DNA of 64,000 nucleotides from Pseudomonadota bacterium (GTDB lineage Bacteria; Pseudomonadota; Alphaproteobacteria; Rickettsiales; UBA3002): NCBI GenBank assembly GCA_040384265.1, contig JAZKJM010000005.1, positions 501,332 to 565,331 of the forward strand, read 5' to 3'. Shown piece by piece: positions 22,223 to 30,825 of this stretch (position 1 is its first letter; each line of letters starts with the position of its first letter). The notes under the pieces were generated by a model. It saw only the letters and a program-made list of their open reading frames with translations, ran no database searches and was not told where the DNA came from. The position numbers and the translations under genes were made by a program.

Positions 22223-22811
22223 GCTGCAACCCTCGCAGGTAATTTTCGACAAAGGATTTAGCCAATGTCTTTGCCGATTCGGAATCGATCAGGTCCAATT
22301 TGCGTGAAAGGGAAAGCATGCAGATACCGTGAATGCCCGCCCATAAAACCCGTGCTGCCCGTCTGGCTTTGCGACGATTGTTCTTCACGTAGGGCAATAC
22401 CATGCCTTCAAGCAATTCAAAGAACCGCCGCATTTTGGGGATATACCACTCAGGCATCGGGGTATCGGGTGGCAGGCTATGTTCAAAGAGCGCCATCCAT
22501 TCATTATAATGGGCGGCACTGTAGTCGATATAGTAAAGCGCCAGGCCTTCAAACGAGGGGGGTCTTTTACGTGCCGCGAACGTGTGCTGCAGGTCTTCAA
22601 ACCATGTATCCAGGGTCCGGGCGTTGATATGCAGGATCAGGTTATCATGGCTGCCAAACAGGTTATAGACCGTGCCCACCGTATACCCAATTTCCGCCGC
22701 CACCTGGCGGGCACTGAATTTGCCAAACCCTTGAGATTGAATAATAGATCGTCCTGCCTGAATTGCCATTTCCTGCAAGTCTTCCCTACTGTGATCGTAA
22801 CGGCGGGCCAT
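22215..22811 (-). CDS. TetR/AcrR-family transcriptional regulator (TetR-1)
   Basis: 198 aa. HTH FSARQVAAEIGYTVGTVYNLFGS. Paralogous to the TetR at 39669 and to the truncated copy at 60944. Confidence 0.85.
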   Translation of the reverse strand: MARRYDHSREDLQEMAIQAGRSIIQSQGFGKFSARQVAAEIGYTVGTVYNLFGSHDNLILHINARTLDTWFEDLQHTFAARKRPPSFEGLALYYIDYSAAHYNEWMALFEHSLPPDTPMPEWYIPKMRRFFELLEGMVLPYVKNNRRKARRAARVLWAGIHGICMLSLSRKLDLIDSESAKTLAKSFVENYLRGLQHA

Positions 22812-22821
22812 AATTTTCTCT

Positions 22822-22844
22822 GCAATTGGACGACGTATAATTGC
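22822..22844. promoter_or_regulatory. Inverted repeat GCAATT-N11-AATTGC in the TetR-1 promoter region (candidate operator)
   Basis: Read directly: gcaattggacgacgtataattgc, 11-33 nt upstream of the TetR-1 ATG. It lies inside the block that is conserved upstream of the truncated TetR copy at 60.9 kb. Confidence 0.35.
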
Positions 22845-22945
22845 TTATTGCACATTGTTTAATTAAAAGATATAGTTAAATTGAAATCCGGATTTACTGA
22901 ATACAACCATCGCCGCCATACGCGGCATTACGAAGGTAGGCTGAT

Positions 22946-25642
22946 ATGTGGCTTTTGGGTCTTTCCATCGGTGGGTTCATTTTCTTCACCGCCATCATTC
23001 TGCCCTGGGTGAGCCGCAACCGCATACAGGATACGCAGGCACAGCTGGCTGCCATGAAAAAACAGCTGCAGGAGCTGTTCGCGTTTCTTGAAAAGACCGG
23101 CGTAAACCTGCCGCCTGAAATCACATCGCCACCGAAAATATGGCCGTGGCAGCAGCAGGCATCGGCATCCTCTGTTCCTGCGTCCGCAGCGGATACGCCA
23201 TCCGCCAGCATTTCGTTTATCACCACCCCCGAACCTAGCACCCCCGACCGCGAGCCGGGTGTTGCCCCTCAAAAACCAGCCCTCCCCTCTATCAGTTTCG
23301 AGCAACAATTCGGTGCGCAGCTGCCCGTGTGGATTGGTGGCGTCGCATTGGCGCTAGCGGGCCTTTTCCTCGTCAAGTATTCCATTGAAATGGGACTGCT
23401 TAGCCCCACCGTGCGCGTGGTGCTGGGTATGATTTTTGGCGGCGGCTTGCTGTGTGCAGCCGATTGGGTACGCAAGCGCCCGAATTTTGCCAACGGCACA
23501 CGCATCGCCCAGGCCCTGTGCGGCGCAGGCATTGCGGATTTGTATGTTTGCCTGTTCGCCGCCACCAATCTCTATGATTTAATTCCCGCTTCCGTCGGAT
23601 TCACGGGCATGGCGGCCGTCACCGCCGCCGCCGTATGGCTTTCATTGCGCCACGGCATGGCCGTTGCGGTGCTCGGGCTGGTTGGTGGTTTCCTCACGCC
23701 CGCGCTCGTCGGTAGCCATAATCCGCAAGCGCCGATCTTGTTCCTCTACCTCTATTTTGTGCTCACCGGCTTCATGGCTGTCAGCCGCAAAAAGGGCTGG
23801 TGGGCGCTGGCAATTCCGACCGTGTTAAGTGCCTTCCTCTGGGTCTGTCTCTGGCTGTTCGGCAGCAATTTCACACCGGGGGATAGCATCTATCTCGGCC
23901 TCTTCCTCATGGCGGTGAGTGCCACCGTGGTTGCCAGCTCCAAACAGCAATATAACGCGGAGCGCGCGGATATCACCGACCGGTTCAAGGTCACCTCCGC
24001 GTTGAATTACCTGTCACTCGGCGGCGCGCTGTTGTTGATGGGCAGCATGACCATCCATGCCGGATTTGGCGTCATGGAATGGGTGCTGTTTGGCATGCTT
24101 TCGCTCGGCGGCATTGGCCTGGCCTATGGCAACCAGAAGCTTTACGGCCTCGTGCCGTGGATATCGATGGCGGTCAATGCCGTGATGCTCCTCACATGGT
24201 ATACGGCGGATAACGGCACCCTCGCCATGACCATCGCCCTCTTTGGCGCCATGTATATTGCCAGCGGTTACGTGCTGCAATCGCGCAGTGAAAAGCCCCT
24301 GTTATGGGCAGGGCTGACCTGCGCTGCGAGCCTCGGCTACTACCTGCTCGGCTATACCACATTACACGCCACGGCGCTGTTTGCTGATATCCCCTCTTTC
24401 TGGGGCATCTTGGCACTGGGCTTTGCAATTCTGGGCATATACAGCATCAAAAACATACTGGCCGAGGTGCCGGCCGATCATCCGCAGAAGCAACAGCTGC
24501 TCGCCATGTATGCGGCGACCGGCACCGCGTTTCTCTCGCTGGCATTAACGATCGAATTGCCGCGCGAGTTCTTATCCGTTGCGTTTGCGCTCCAGTTACT
24601 GGCAATTGCGTGGATTAACGCCAAAATCGATGTCAGCGCCCTGCGCGTTATCGCCGCCATTCTCGGCTGCGTATTCGGGTTCCTGCTGCTGCCGCAGATA
24701 GTGCTGCTGATTCAGCTGACGGCCTACAGCCTCATCGAAGCGAAGCTGGCCTTGCAACACGGCGTTCCACTGGTGGATTGGCCCCTCTTCCAGCTTGGCG
24801 TACCGGCGGCGTGCTTTGTCGCAGCAAGCTATATGTTGCGCCAAGGCAGGGATGATCGGCTGGTACGCGGTCTGGAAATTGCCGCCATCGGATTGATTGC
24901 CGTGATGGGCTATTATCTCACGCGCCATGCCTTCCATGCCGATGAAAACATTCTGTTCGTCACTGCGGGATTCATCGAGCGCGGGGTCATCACCAACACC
25001 CTCTTCGTATACGGTATCACCTGCCTATGGGTGGGCCGGCAGTATGCACGCCAGGCGGTGTCGCTCAGTGGGCTCGCGCTCGTTGGCATCGCTCTATTCC
25101 GCATCACCTATTTCGACCTGATCGCCTATAACCCGCTGTGGTCGGCGCAAACCGTGGGTGCATTGCCTATCCTCAACGCCCTGCTGCTCACCTATGGCCT
25201 GCCGATGCTGTGGACATGGCGCGCCACTCAGGAACTGCCGCATCTGGGTAAATCCGCTTGGGTGCGCTATGGGCAAGGATGCGTGTTGTTACTGGCTTTC
25301 GTGCTGCTCTCGCTAAGCGTCCGCCAGCTCTTCCATGGCACGTATTTGAACGGCAGCGAAACCAGCAATGCCGAAATCTACAGCTACTCCGTCGCATGGC
25401 TGCTGTTCGGTGTCGGCTTGCTCTTCTATGGCACCCTGCGCGCCGATAAAATGATCCGCATTGCCTCACTGGCGGTGATGATCCTCACCGTCGGCAAAGT
25501 GTTCCTTTATGACGCCTCCGAGCTTGAGGGGCTGTTCCGTGTCTTCTCCTTCTTCGGCCTCGGCCTTAGCCTGCTTGGGCTTAGCTGGTTCTACACCCGG
25601 TTCGTATTCGGCGAGCGCGACCTATTCGGAGGCAATAAATGA
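22946..25642 (+). CDS. Very large polytopic membrane protein, DUF2339-like
   Basis: 898 aa. One N-terminal TM helix, a short coiled coil (QAQLAAMKKQLQELFAFLEK), a Pro/Ser-rich linker, then more than 20 hydrophobic helices. The family label is from recollection of this architecture. Confidence 0.65.
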   Translation: MWLLGLSIGGFIFFTAIILPWVSRNRIQDTQAQLAAMKKQLQELFAFLEKTGVNLPPEITSPPKIWPWQQQASASSVPASAADTPSASISFITTPEPSTPDREPGVAPQKPALPSISFEQQFGAQLPVWIGGVALALAGLFLVKYSIEMGLLSPTVRVVLGMIFGGGLLCAADWVRKRPNFANGTRIAQALCGAGIADLYVCLFAATNLYDLIPASVGFTGMAAVTAAAVWLSLRHGMAVAVLGLVGGFLTPALVGSHNPQAPILFLYLYFVLTGFMAVSRKKGWWALAIPTVLSAFLWVCLWLFGSNFTPGDSIYLGLFLMAVSATVVASSKQQYNAERADITDRFKVTSALNYLSLGGALLLMGSMTIHAGFGVMEWVLFGMLSLGGIGLAYGNQKLYGLVPWISMAVNAVMLLTWYTADNGTLAMTIALFGAMYIASGYVLQSRSEKPLLWAGLTCAASLGYYLLGYTTLHATALFADIPSFWGILALGFAILGIYSIKNILAEVPADHPQKQQLLAMYAATGTAFLSLALTIELPREFLSVAFALQLLAIAWINAKIDVSALRVIAAILGCVFGFLLLPQIVLLIQLTAYSLIEAKLALQHGVPLVDWPLFQLGVPAACFVAASYMLRQGRDDRLVRGLEIAAIGLIAVMGYYLTRHAFHADENILFVTAGFIERGVITNTLFVYGITCLWVGRQYARQAVSLSGLALVGIALFRITYFDLIAYNPLWSAQTVGALPILNALLLTYGLPMLWTWRATQELPHLGKSAWVRYGQGCVLLLAFVLLSLSVRQLFHGTYLNGSETSNAEIYSYSVAWLLFGVGLLFYGTLRADKMIRIASLAVMILTVGKVFLYDASELEGLFRVFSFFGLGLSLLGLSWFYTRFVFGERDLFGGNK

Positions 25643-26001
25643 TCCCGCAAAAAGCCACCGGCCTCCCCCGCATCATCAACGCCTTCGGCTATTCCTATGA
25701 TGGCCTGAAAGCCGCCTATGCATCCGAAGCCGCCTTCCGGCAGGAGCTGGTGCTGCTCGCCGTGGGCATTACCGCCGCATGCCTGCTCGATGTGAGCGCG
25801 CTTGCCCGCGCCGTCATGATCGGCAGCCTGCTGCTCGTGCTGCTGGTCGAGATTATCAACACCGCCATCGAAGCCACCATCGAGCGCATCTCCGCCGATC
25901 AACACCCCCTCTCCAAAAAAGCGAAAGACCTCGGCAGCGCAGCCGTGCTCGTTTCGCTGGTTCACGCCGCCGTCATCTGGGCGGTTATTTTGGTTGGTTA
26001 G
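25639..26001 (+). CDS. dgkA: Diacylglycerol kinase (prokaryotic DgkA)
   Basis: 120 aa, 3 TM. GYSYDGLKAAY...EAAFRQE...VEIINTAIEATIERIS...KDLGSAAV is the DgkA signature. ATGA overlap with the preceding gene. Confidence 0.9.
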   Translation: MIPQKATGLPRIINAFGYSYDGLKAAYASEAAFRQELVLLAVGITAACLLDVSALARAVMIGSLLLVLLVEIINTAIEATIERISADQHPLSKKAKDLGSAAVLVSLVHAAVIWAVILVG

Positions 26002-26012
26002 CCTCATTAGGC

Positions 26013-29000
26013 CTAGAACAGGAAATCGCCACTCACCAACGCCTGCTGGCCGTTCAGCTGGATCTCGAAATCAGCGATCTGATCATGATTCGTATCCACC
26101 TGCACGATGCTGTCGGCACCCTCGACCTCATAGCGAACTTCCGGTGCCGCGCCACCGGTGAAGCTCCTGCCACCCAGGAATGCGAACGTGCCTGCAAACG
26201 CGGACAGGTCAATTTTGTCGCCGTGCGCATGACTAAAATCCAGCACCACATCGCGGCTGCCGTAGCCAACGCCAGAATCGGCAATGGCCGTGTAAAGGAA
26301 GCGATCGCCCCCCAAGCCACCCGTCAGCTGATCCGCACCCGCACCACCCGTAATCCGGTTGGCCAATGCATTGCCACTGAGTCGATCACTATAGGCCGAA
26401 CCCAGGATATGTTCGATATTGATAAGATTGTCCGACGCCGCGTCGCCATTCCACTGGTTGTTGGTGGCAAGGTCCACATTCACCCATGTTGCCGAAGTCG
26501 CATACGACACCGTATCATTGCCTGCGCCACCATCGATCACATCAGAACCAGCACCACCTATCAGTACATCATTACCAGCGCCGCCCAGCAGCGTATCGTT
26601 GCCTGAAAGGCCGCTCAACGTATCGTTACCCGCACCGCCGTCCATTATATCGTTGCGGCCATAGAACCCGATCAGCGATTCATTGCCCGACAGCGCGGCT
26701 GCCAGATAATGCGCGCGGATCTCTTCGCCCGACCAACTAATGCCATCGCTGAAGATAATTTTCTCGATGCCTCGTTCTGTGTCGCCTATAAATTGCCCCA
26801 GCAATGTCACGCTGTCTGCCGCATCGTTGAACCGAAGAATTGCATCGTTCTGCGAACGCGTCACAAACGCATTCGCCGATGTCAGTTTCGCACCCGTCAG
26901 TTGCAGCACGTCTTTCGCACCCTCATGAAAACCCTCATCAATCACATCCGCCCCATCCCCCTGCGCGTGGAGGTAGGTATCATTCCCGGTGCCACCGTGC
27001 AGAAGATCATCCCCGCGGCCGCCGATAAGCGTATCCTTGCCATCCGATCCAATGATCGTATCATTCCCGTCTGTCGTGGCCGTTGCCCAATAGTGCTTTG
27101 CCAAATCCGCGCTTGTCCAGTGGATACCATCGCTGAAGGTAATCGTTTCAATCATCGAATAGCGCGATGAGAACTGGTTCATCAGGGTAATACTATCGCT
27201 CACCCCGCCAAATGTTAGCACGAGGGCATCAACGCTAGAGGTCAGCACATGCGCCACTTTCACATTGGTGGATGTCAGCTTCGCACCGGTGAGCTCGAGT
27301 GCATCGCGTTGGGAAGTGTATGCGCGTTCGATAATCGTATCCGCGCCATCCCCCTGTGCATGCACATACACATCCTTCGCAGTGCCGCCGACGAGGGTGT
27401 CATTGCCCTTGCCGCCCACCAGCCGGTTGGAGAATTCATACAAGCCGGTAATCTCGTCATCCCCGCGCGTGGTGGTCGTCGCCATATAGGCCGCCACCAG
27501 GTCGCTCATGGTTTTTCTGGTTCCATCCGCAAACACAAAACGGCCCACATCGTTTTGGATAGAAAGACCCGCAAATGTAAGGCTACCACCCCCGGGCACA
27601 AAAACAGTGAGAGTCGGATTCCATGCATACCCCTCCAGCGTGTACTTTAAGGATGCAAACGTAATCCCTGGGCCAAACTGGATAGTATCCTTCGAATCAC
27701 CATAGACGGTATCCTGCCCATCGCCCCGGTTGATGATCACGGTGCTGACGCCCGCGTCCAGCCGCACCACATCGTTGCCTTTACCCGGCGTAATCGTCAG
27801 CCCGCCGAAATGGGTCGTGATCGCATCATCGCCGCGCGTGCTGCTGTTGGCAACAACGACTGCATCCAGCTGCTTCGCCGTCATCGTCGTTCCATCCGCA
27901 AACACCAGCTTCTGAATGTCGCCCAACACGACATCAACCCCGTTGGCCTTCATGTGCAACAGGTCCGACTGCAACTGATCTTCCGCGTCATAGCCGACAC
28001 CATCATAAGCAAAGTTGGCGGCCGCATATTTAACCCCCATGCCGAATACCGCTACATTCTGGCCATACCCTGCGCTGATATTCGTGGTGCCACTATTGGC
28101 CGCAATCAGGAACGTATCGTTACCATCGCGGGCCACAATCGCATCACCGCCGCCGCCCATCGCATATACATGCCCGGCACTATCATCCACGTGCAGCGTC
28201 AATGTGTCCGCTGCCGAGGTGCCGATATAATCCACCACATAGGTTTTAAACCCGGCCGCCGCATCTAACTTGGCCATGGTGGCCGCTTTCGTCAGCCCAA
28301 ACTCCGCGCGTTCATTCATTACAATGCGCGCGATCTCATTCCAATAGACCTGCTTATCCAGCGCCCGCGACGGGGCCTGTGCTTGCGCCGCCGCCAGAAT
28401 GCTCTCCAGCGATTGGTTCAGCACCATCCCATCGGTCGCATAATCGTAGCGCGCCTGCGAAAACACCGATTGCAGCGGCCCTTGCACCAGCAGGCGCACC
28501 AGCATTTCATTCTCAAACACCGCGAAGGATTGGTTCATGGTGGGGCGACACACACCATTATCGGGCAAATCTGCCAGCTTGTTCAGCACCGCAATCTTCA
28601 ACGGGTCGTCGCTAAACGGGTTGGTCTTCGCCGGCGTGTGCCCCGCCCATTGATACAAAATCTCGCGCACCTTGTCATAGACCGTGTGCATCCGCGTGTT
28701 CACATCCATCTCCACCAGCGCCACTATTTTCGCTTTGAGAGTAGCGTCCTGCGTCATGGCGAAGGGCAGCGAGGCAAGCACCCCATAGCCGCGCGATTGC
28801 GGCAACAGCAGCGCCTCCAGGTCAATTTCCGTGCTCGCCGCCGTGCCATCGCCCACATACCAGCTATCGAGCTGATCGGTTTTCAGCAGCACATCCGCCG
28901 CGGTGTGTTTGACACCGTTCATCACAAACGACGACGTACCCGCCACCGCATGCCCATTCAGGGTTTTGGCACTGGTTTCCTTCAGCGAAACGGAGGTGAT

Positions 29001-29906
29001 TTTGTGCGCCGCCAACGTCTTCAATTCACCGCTATCGGTCTGACCGTTCTGGTTCACATCCTGCCAGATGCGTAGGGTTTTCCACGCGGTGTCCGCGCTG
29101 GTGAGTTTGCCGTCCTTGTTACTATCCAGCGCCGCCAGCTTGCCATAGGCGCTGCTACCACCGGTTTCGCCGAACAACTCGGTGGCGTTGTCGATCACGC
29201 CGTTCTTGTTCACATCCCGCGCCAGCCACCCATCGGCCGCATCCAGCCACTCCACATGCTCCGCGAACTTGTCGCCATCGATATCGAAGAACACTTTGCT
29301 GTTGGCAATCGACTGATACTTGATCCCATCCCCATTCAGGTCAAACGCGATGGGGGACACTTGGTCGAAGCCAAACAGGGCTTTTTTGATGGCGTCGCCA
29401 ATACTTGGAAAATTAATGGGGTATCCACTGCCATCATAGAAATAAGGATTGGGTAGGTGTTTATTCCCGTATACTTGATCGAGGTAGTAACCCACTCCTC
29501 CCGCCAGTGCTTCTTGCACATCTATGAATAGCGAACCAATATCAACTGCAATACCGGCTGCCTCCAGTGCATTTCGTACAAAATCTACACAATTATTACC
29601 TGCAAGATTATAAGTTCCGGGGTCCGCATCAACCTTGTTTATATAATCTAATAATTTACTTGCCTGTTGATCGGTAATGTCATGGGTGCTTTCATATTTT
29701 TTTGAGACATCCTTATAATCCAGGTCATTATATCTTTGTGACTCATCGATGACAGCACCCGGACCATAGCCGCTTGGAGCATTCGCAGGGTTATATCCAC
29801 GGTAAACCGATTGTCCGTTTATGGTTACCTTGAGATACATGTGGCCAGCGATACCACCATCATCCAATACGATTGTAACACTAGCGGCCATAATCAGCTC
29901 CCACAT
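26013..29906 (-). CDS. Large RTX (repeats-in-toxin) calcium-binding T1SS-substrate-type protein with a distinct N-terminal LRAT/NlpC-P60-like head domain
   Basis: 1297 aa. C-terminal GGxGxDxUx nonapeptides and a ...DKIDLSAF...ALVSGDFLF tail. Three ~130-aa repeats of the type ...ITFSDGIHWTSADL... . EF-hand/dockerin-like DxDxDG loops (DLNGDGI, DIDGDKF, DVNKNGVID, DSNKDGKLT, DVNQNGQTD). N-terminal residues 1-130 contain His22 (GHMYLKV) and Cys106 (YNLAGNNCVDFVRNAL). The start may instead be ATG 29891. Confidence 0.85.
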   Translation of the reverse strand: MWELIMAASVTIVLDDGGIAGHMYLKVTINGQSVYRGYNPANAPSGYGPGAVIDESQRYNDLDYKDVSKKYESTHDITDQQASKLLDYINKVDADPGTYNLAGNNCVDFVRNALEAAGIAVDIGSLFIDVQEALAGGVGYYLDQVYGNKHLPNPYFYDGSGYPINFPSIGDAIKKALFGFDQVSPIAFDLNGDGIKYQSIANSKVFFDIDGDKFAEHVEWLDAADGWLARDVNKNGVIDNATELFGETGGSSAYGKLAALDSNKDGKLTSADTAWKTLRIWQDVNQNGQTDSGELKTLAAHKITSVSLKETSAKTLNGHAVAGTSSFVMNGVKHTAADVLLKTDQLDSWYVGDGTAASTEIDLEALLLPQSRGYGVLASLPFAMTQDATLKAKIVALVEMDVNTRMHTVYDKVREILYQWAGHTPAKTNPFSDDPLKIAVLNKLADLPDNGVCRPTMNQSFAVFENEMLVRLLVQGPLQSVFSQARYDYATDGMVLNQSLESILAAAQAQAPSRALDKQVYWNEIARIVMNERAEFGLTKAATMAKLDAAAGFKTYVVDYIGTSAADTLTLHVDDSAGHVYAMGGGGDAIVARDGNDTFLIAANSGTTNISAGYGQNVAVFGMGVKYAAANFAYDGVGYDAEDQLQSDLLHMKANGVDVVLGDIQKLVFADGTTMTAKQLDAVVVANSSTRGDDAITTHFGGLTITPGKGNDVVRLDAGVSTVIINRGDGQDTVYGDSKDTIQFGPGITFASLKYTLEGYAWNPTLTVFVPGGGSLTFAGLSIQNDVGRFVFADGTRKTMSDLVAAYMATTTTRGDDEITGLYEFSNRLVGGKGNDTLVGGTAKDVYVHAQGDGADTIIERAYTSQRDALELTGAKLTSTNVKVAHVLTSSVDALVLTFGGVSDSITLMNQFSSRYSMIETITFSDGIHWTSADLAKHYWATATTDGNDTIIGSDGKDTLIGGRGDDLLHGGTGNDTYLHAQGDGADVIDEGFHEGAKDVLQLTGAKLTSANAFVTRSQNDAILRFNDAADSVTLLGQFIGDTERGIEKIIFSDGISWSGEEIRAHYLAAALSGNESLIGFYGRNDIMDGGAGNDTLSGLSGNDTLLGGAGNDVLIGGAGSDVIDGGAGNDTVSYATSATWVNVDLATNNQWNGDAASDNLINIEHILGSAYSDRLSGNALANRITGGAGADQLTGGLGGDRFLYTAIADSGVGYGSRDVVLDFSHAHGDKIDLSAFAGTFAFLGGRSFTGGAAPEVRYEVEGADSIVQVDTNHDQIADFEIQLNGQQALVSGDFLF
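26292..26639 (-). repeat. RTX nonapeptide (GGxGxDxUx) repeat blocks inside the RTX gene
   Basis: DGGAGNDTLSGLSGNDTLLGGAGNDVLIGGAGSDVIDGGAGNDTV (about residues 1090-1135) and TGGAGADQLTGGLGGDRFLY (about residues 1186-1205). Confidence 0.85.
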
Positions 29907-30495
29907 TGGATTGAATCGTAATCGTTTCTTCGGGTGTTAATCGTAGTTGTACTGGTATAATTTTTTGTTTTCTGGAATCACATGCAAGTGTTTTACGAGC
30001 TGTTAAATAATCAGTAATCTCAACAGTAAGATATTTACTTTTACGCTTACTTTCGTTGCGAATTTCTTCCTCGGACGGAAGATAATGACATGGATTTTCA
30101 ATAATAGTGACAACCGTTTGCAATAAGGCGGGATCCTTTGCTACCATTGGGTCTGCAGCAATATGCGCGCAGTCTTCAAAGCGCCACCACGCACACGCCT
30201 GGTAAAAACCACTGCTATGGGTGTAGATTAATAGGCAGGGGATACTAGCTGACAGGTCTTTAACATGGCATTGGTCTATATTTTTCAAGCTATAACGATG
30301 GTAACTTTTTAAAAAGGGCGTCAATCCAAAGTTTAATTCTATAGTATCGGCGTACGCCCTGCCAGGATAGTTGACATTTACTTGGATGGAGTCCTGAACA
30401 AACAGGCGCCAAAGGTATATTGGGGTACCTACCATCATTATTAGTAGAATAATCGTGCACAGCACAGGCACTGGATTCTTTGCTCTTATCGCCAT
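29881..30495 (-). CDS. Cassette A: small N-terminally membrane-anchored protein, translationally coupled to the RTX gene (candidate immunity protein)
   Basis: Frame of ORF 29881..30588. Start trimmed to ATG 30495 (MAIRAKNPVPVLCTIILLIMMVGTPIYLW...; GGATAGGT RBS-like box 6 nt upstream). 204 aa, one TM helix, Cys-rich soluble part. Its stop overlaps the RTX start by 11-26 nt. AT-rich. Confidence 0.65.
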   Translation of the reverse strand: MAIRAKNPVPVLCTIILLIMMVGTPIYLWRLFVQDSIQVNVNYPGRAYADTIELNFGLTPFLKSYHRYSLKNIDQCHVKDLSASIPCLLIYTHSSGFYQACAWWRFEDCAHIAADPMVAKDPALLQTVVTIIENPCHYLPSEEEIRNESKRKSKYLTVEITDYLTARKTLACDSRKQKIIPVQLRLTPEETITIQSNVGADYGR

Positions 30496-30550
30496 GAAGC
30501 ACCTATCCACAATATTTATGCGCTTAGTAGTGCAGCCCTGAGTTGTGCTT

Positions 30551-30579
30551 TCGATAGCATAACACACGGTATGTGTCAA
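30551..30579 (-). promoter_or_regulatory. Sigma70-like promoter of cassette A (TTGACA-N17-TATCGA)
   Basis: Minus-strand reading gcggTTGACAcataccgtgtgttatgcTATCGAaag. One of a family of similarly built promoter-plus-leader units (see 31468, 32576, 33048). Confidence 0.4.
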
Positions 30580-30601
30580 CCGCAGCAAATAGCCAGATGA
30601 A

Positions 30602-30806
30602 TATCCAGCGCCGCAAGCTTGCCATAGGCGCTGCGGCCGCCGGTTTCGCCGAACAGCTCGGTGGCATTATCGATCACGCCGTTCTTGTTCACATCCCGCG
30701 CCAGCCACCCGTCGTTCGCATCCAGCCACTCCACATGCTCCGCGAACTTGTCGCCATCGATATCGAAGAACACTTTGCTGTTGGTGATCGACTGATACTT
30801 GATCCC
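30602..30806 (-). pseudogene. Stranded fragment of an RTX gene (homologous to 29123-29327 of the intact gene; residues GIKYQSI.NSKVFFDIDGDKFAEHVEWLD...GKLAALD)
   Basis: Hand alignment: 205 nt, no indels, about 12 mismatches, one run of ~66 identical nt. It lacks both the head domain and the RTX body. ORF 30576..30773 translates FFDIDGDKFAEHVEWLDANDGWLARDVNKNGVIDNATELFGETGG..., then diverges into the cassette A promoter. Confidence 0.85.
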
Positions 30807-30825
30807 GAGTCAAAAATGCCATTTC

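Noticed and set aside
25779-26606. 275-aa plus-strand ORF bridging the dgkA 3' end and the RTX 3' end
   Set aside because: It overlaps two convergent, well-supported genes and crosses their intergenic gap. It is antisense to the RTX nonapeptide region, which naturally gives open antisense frames.
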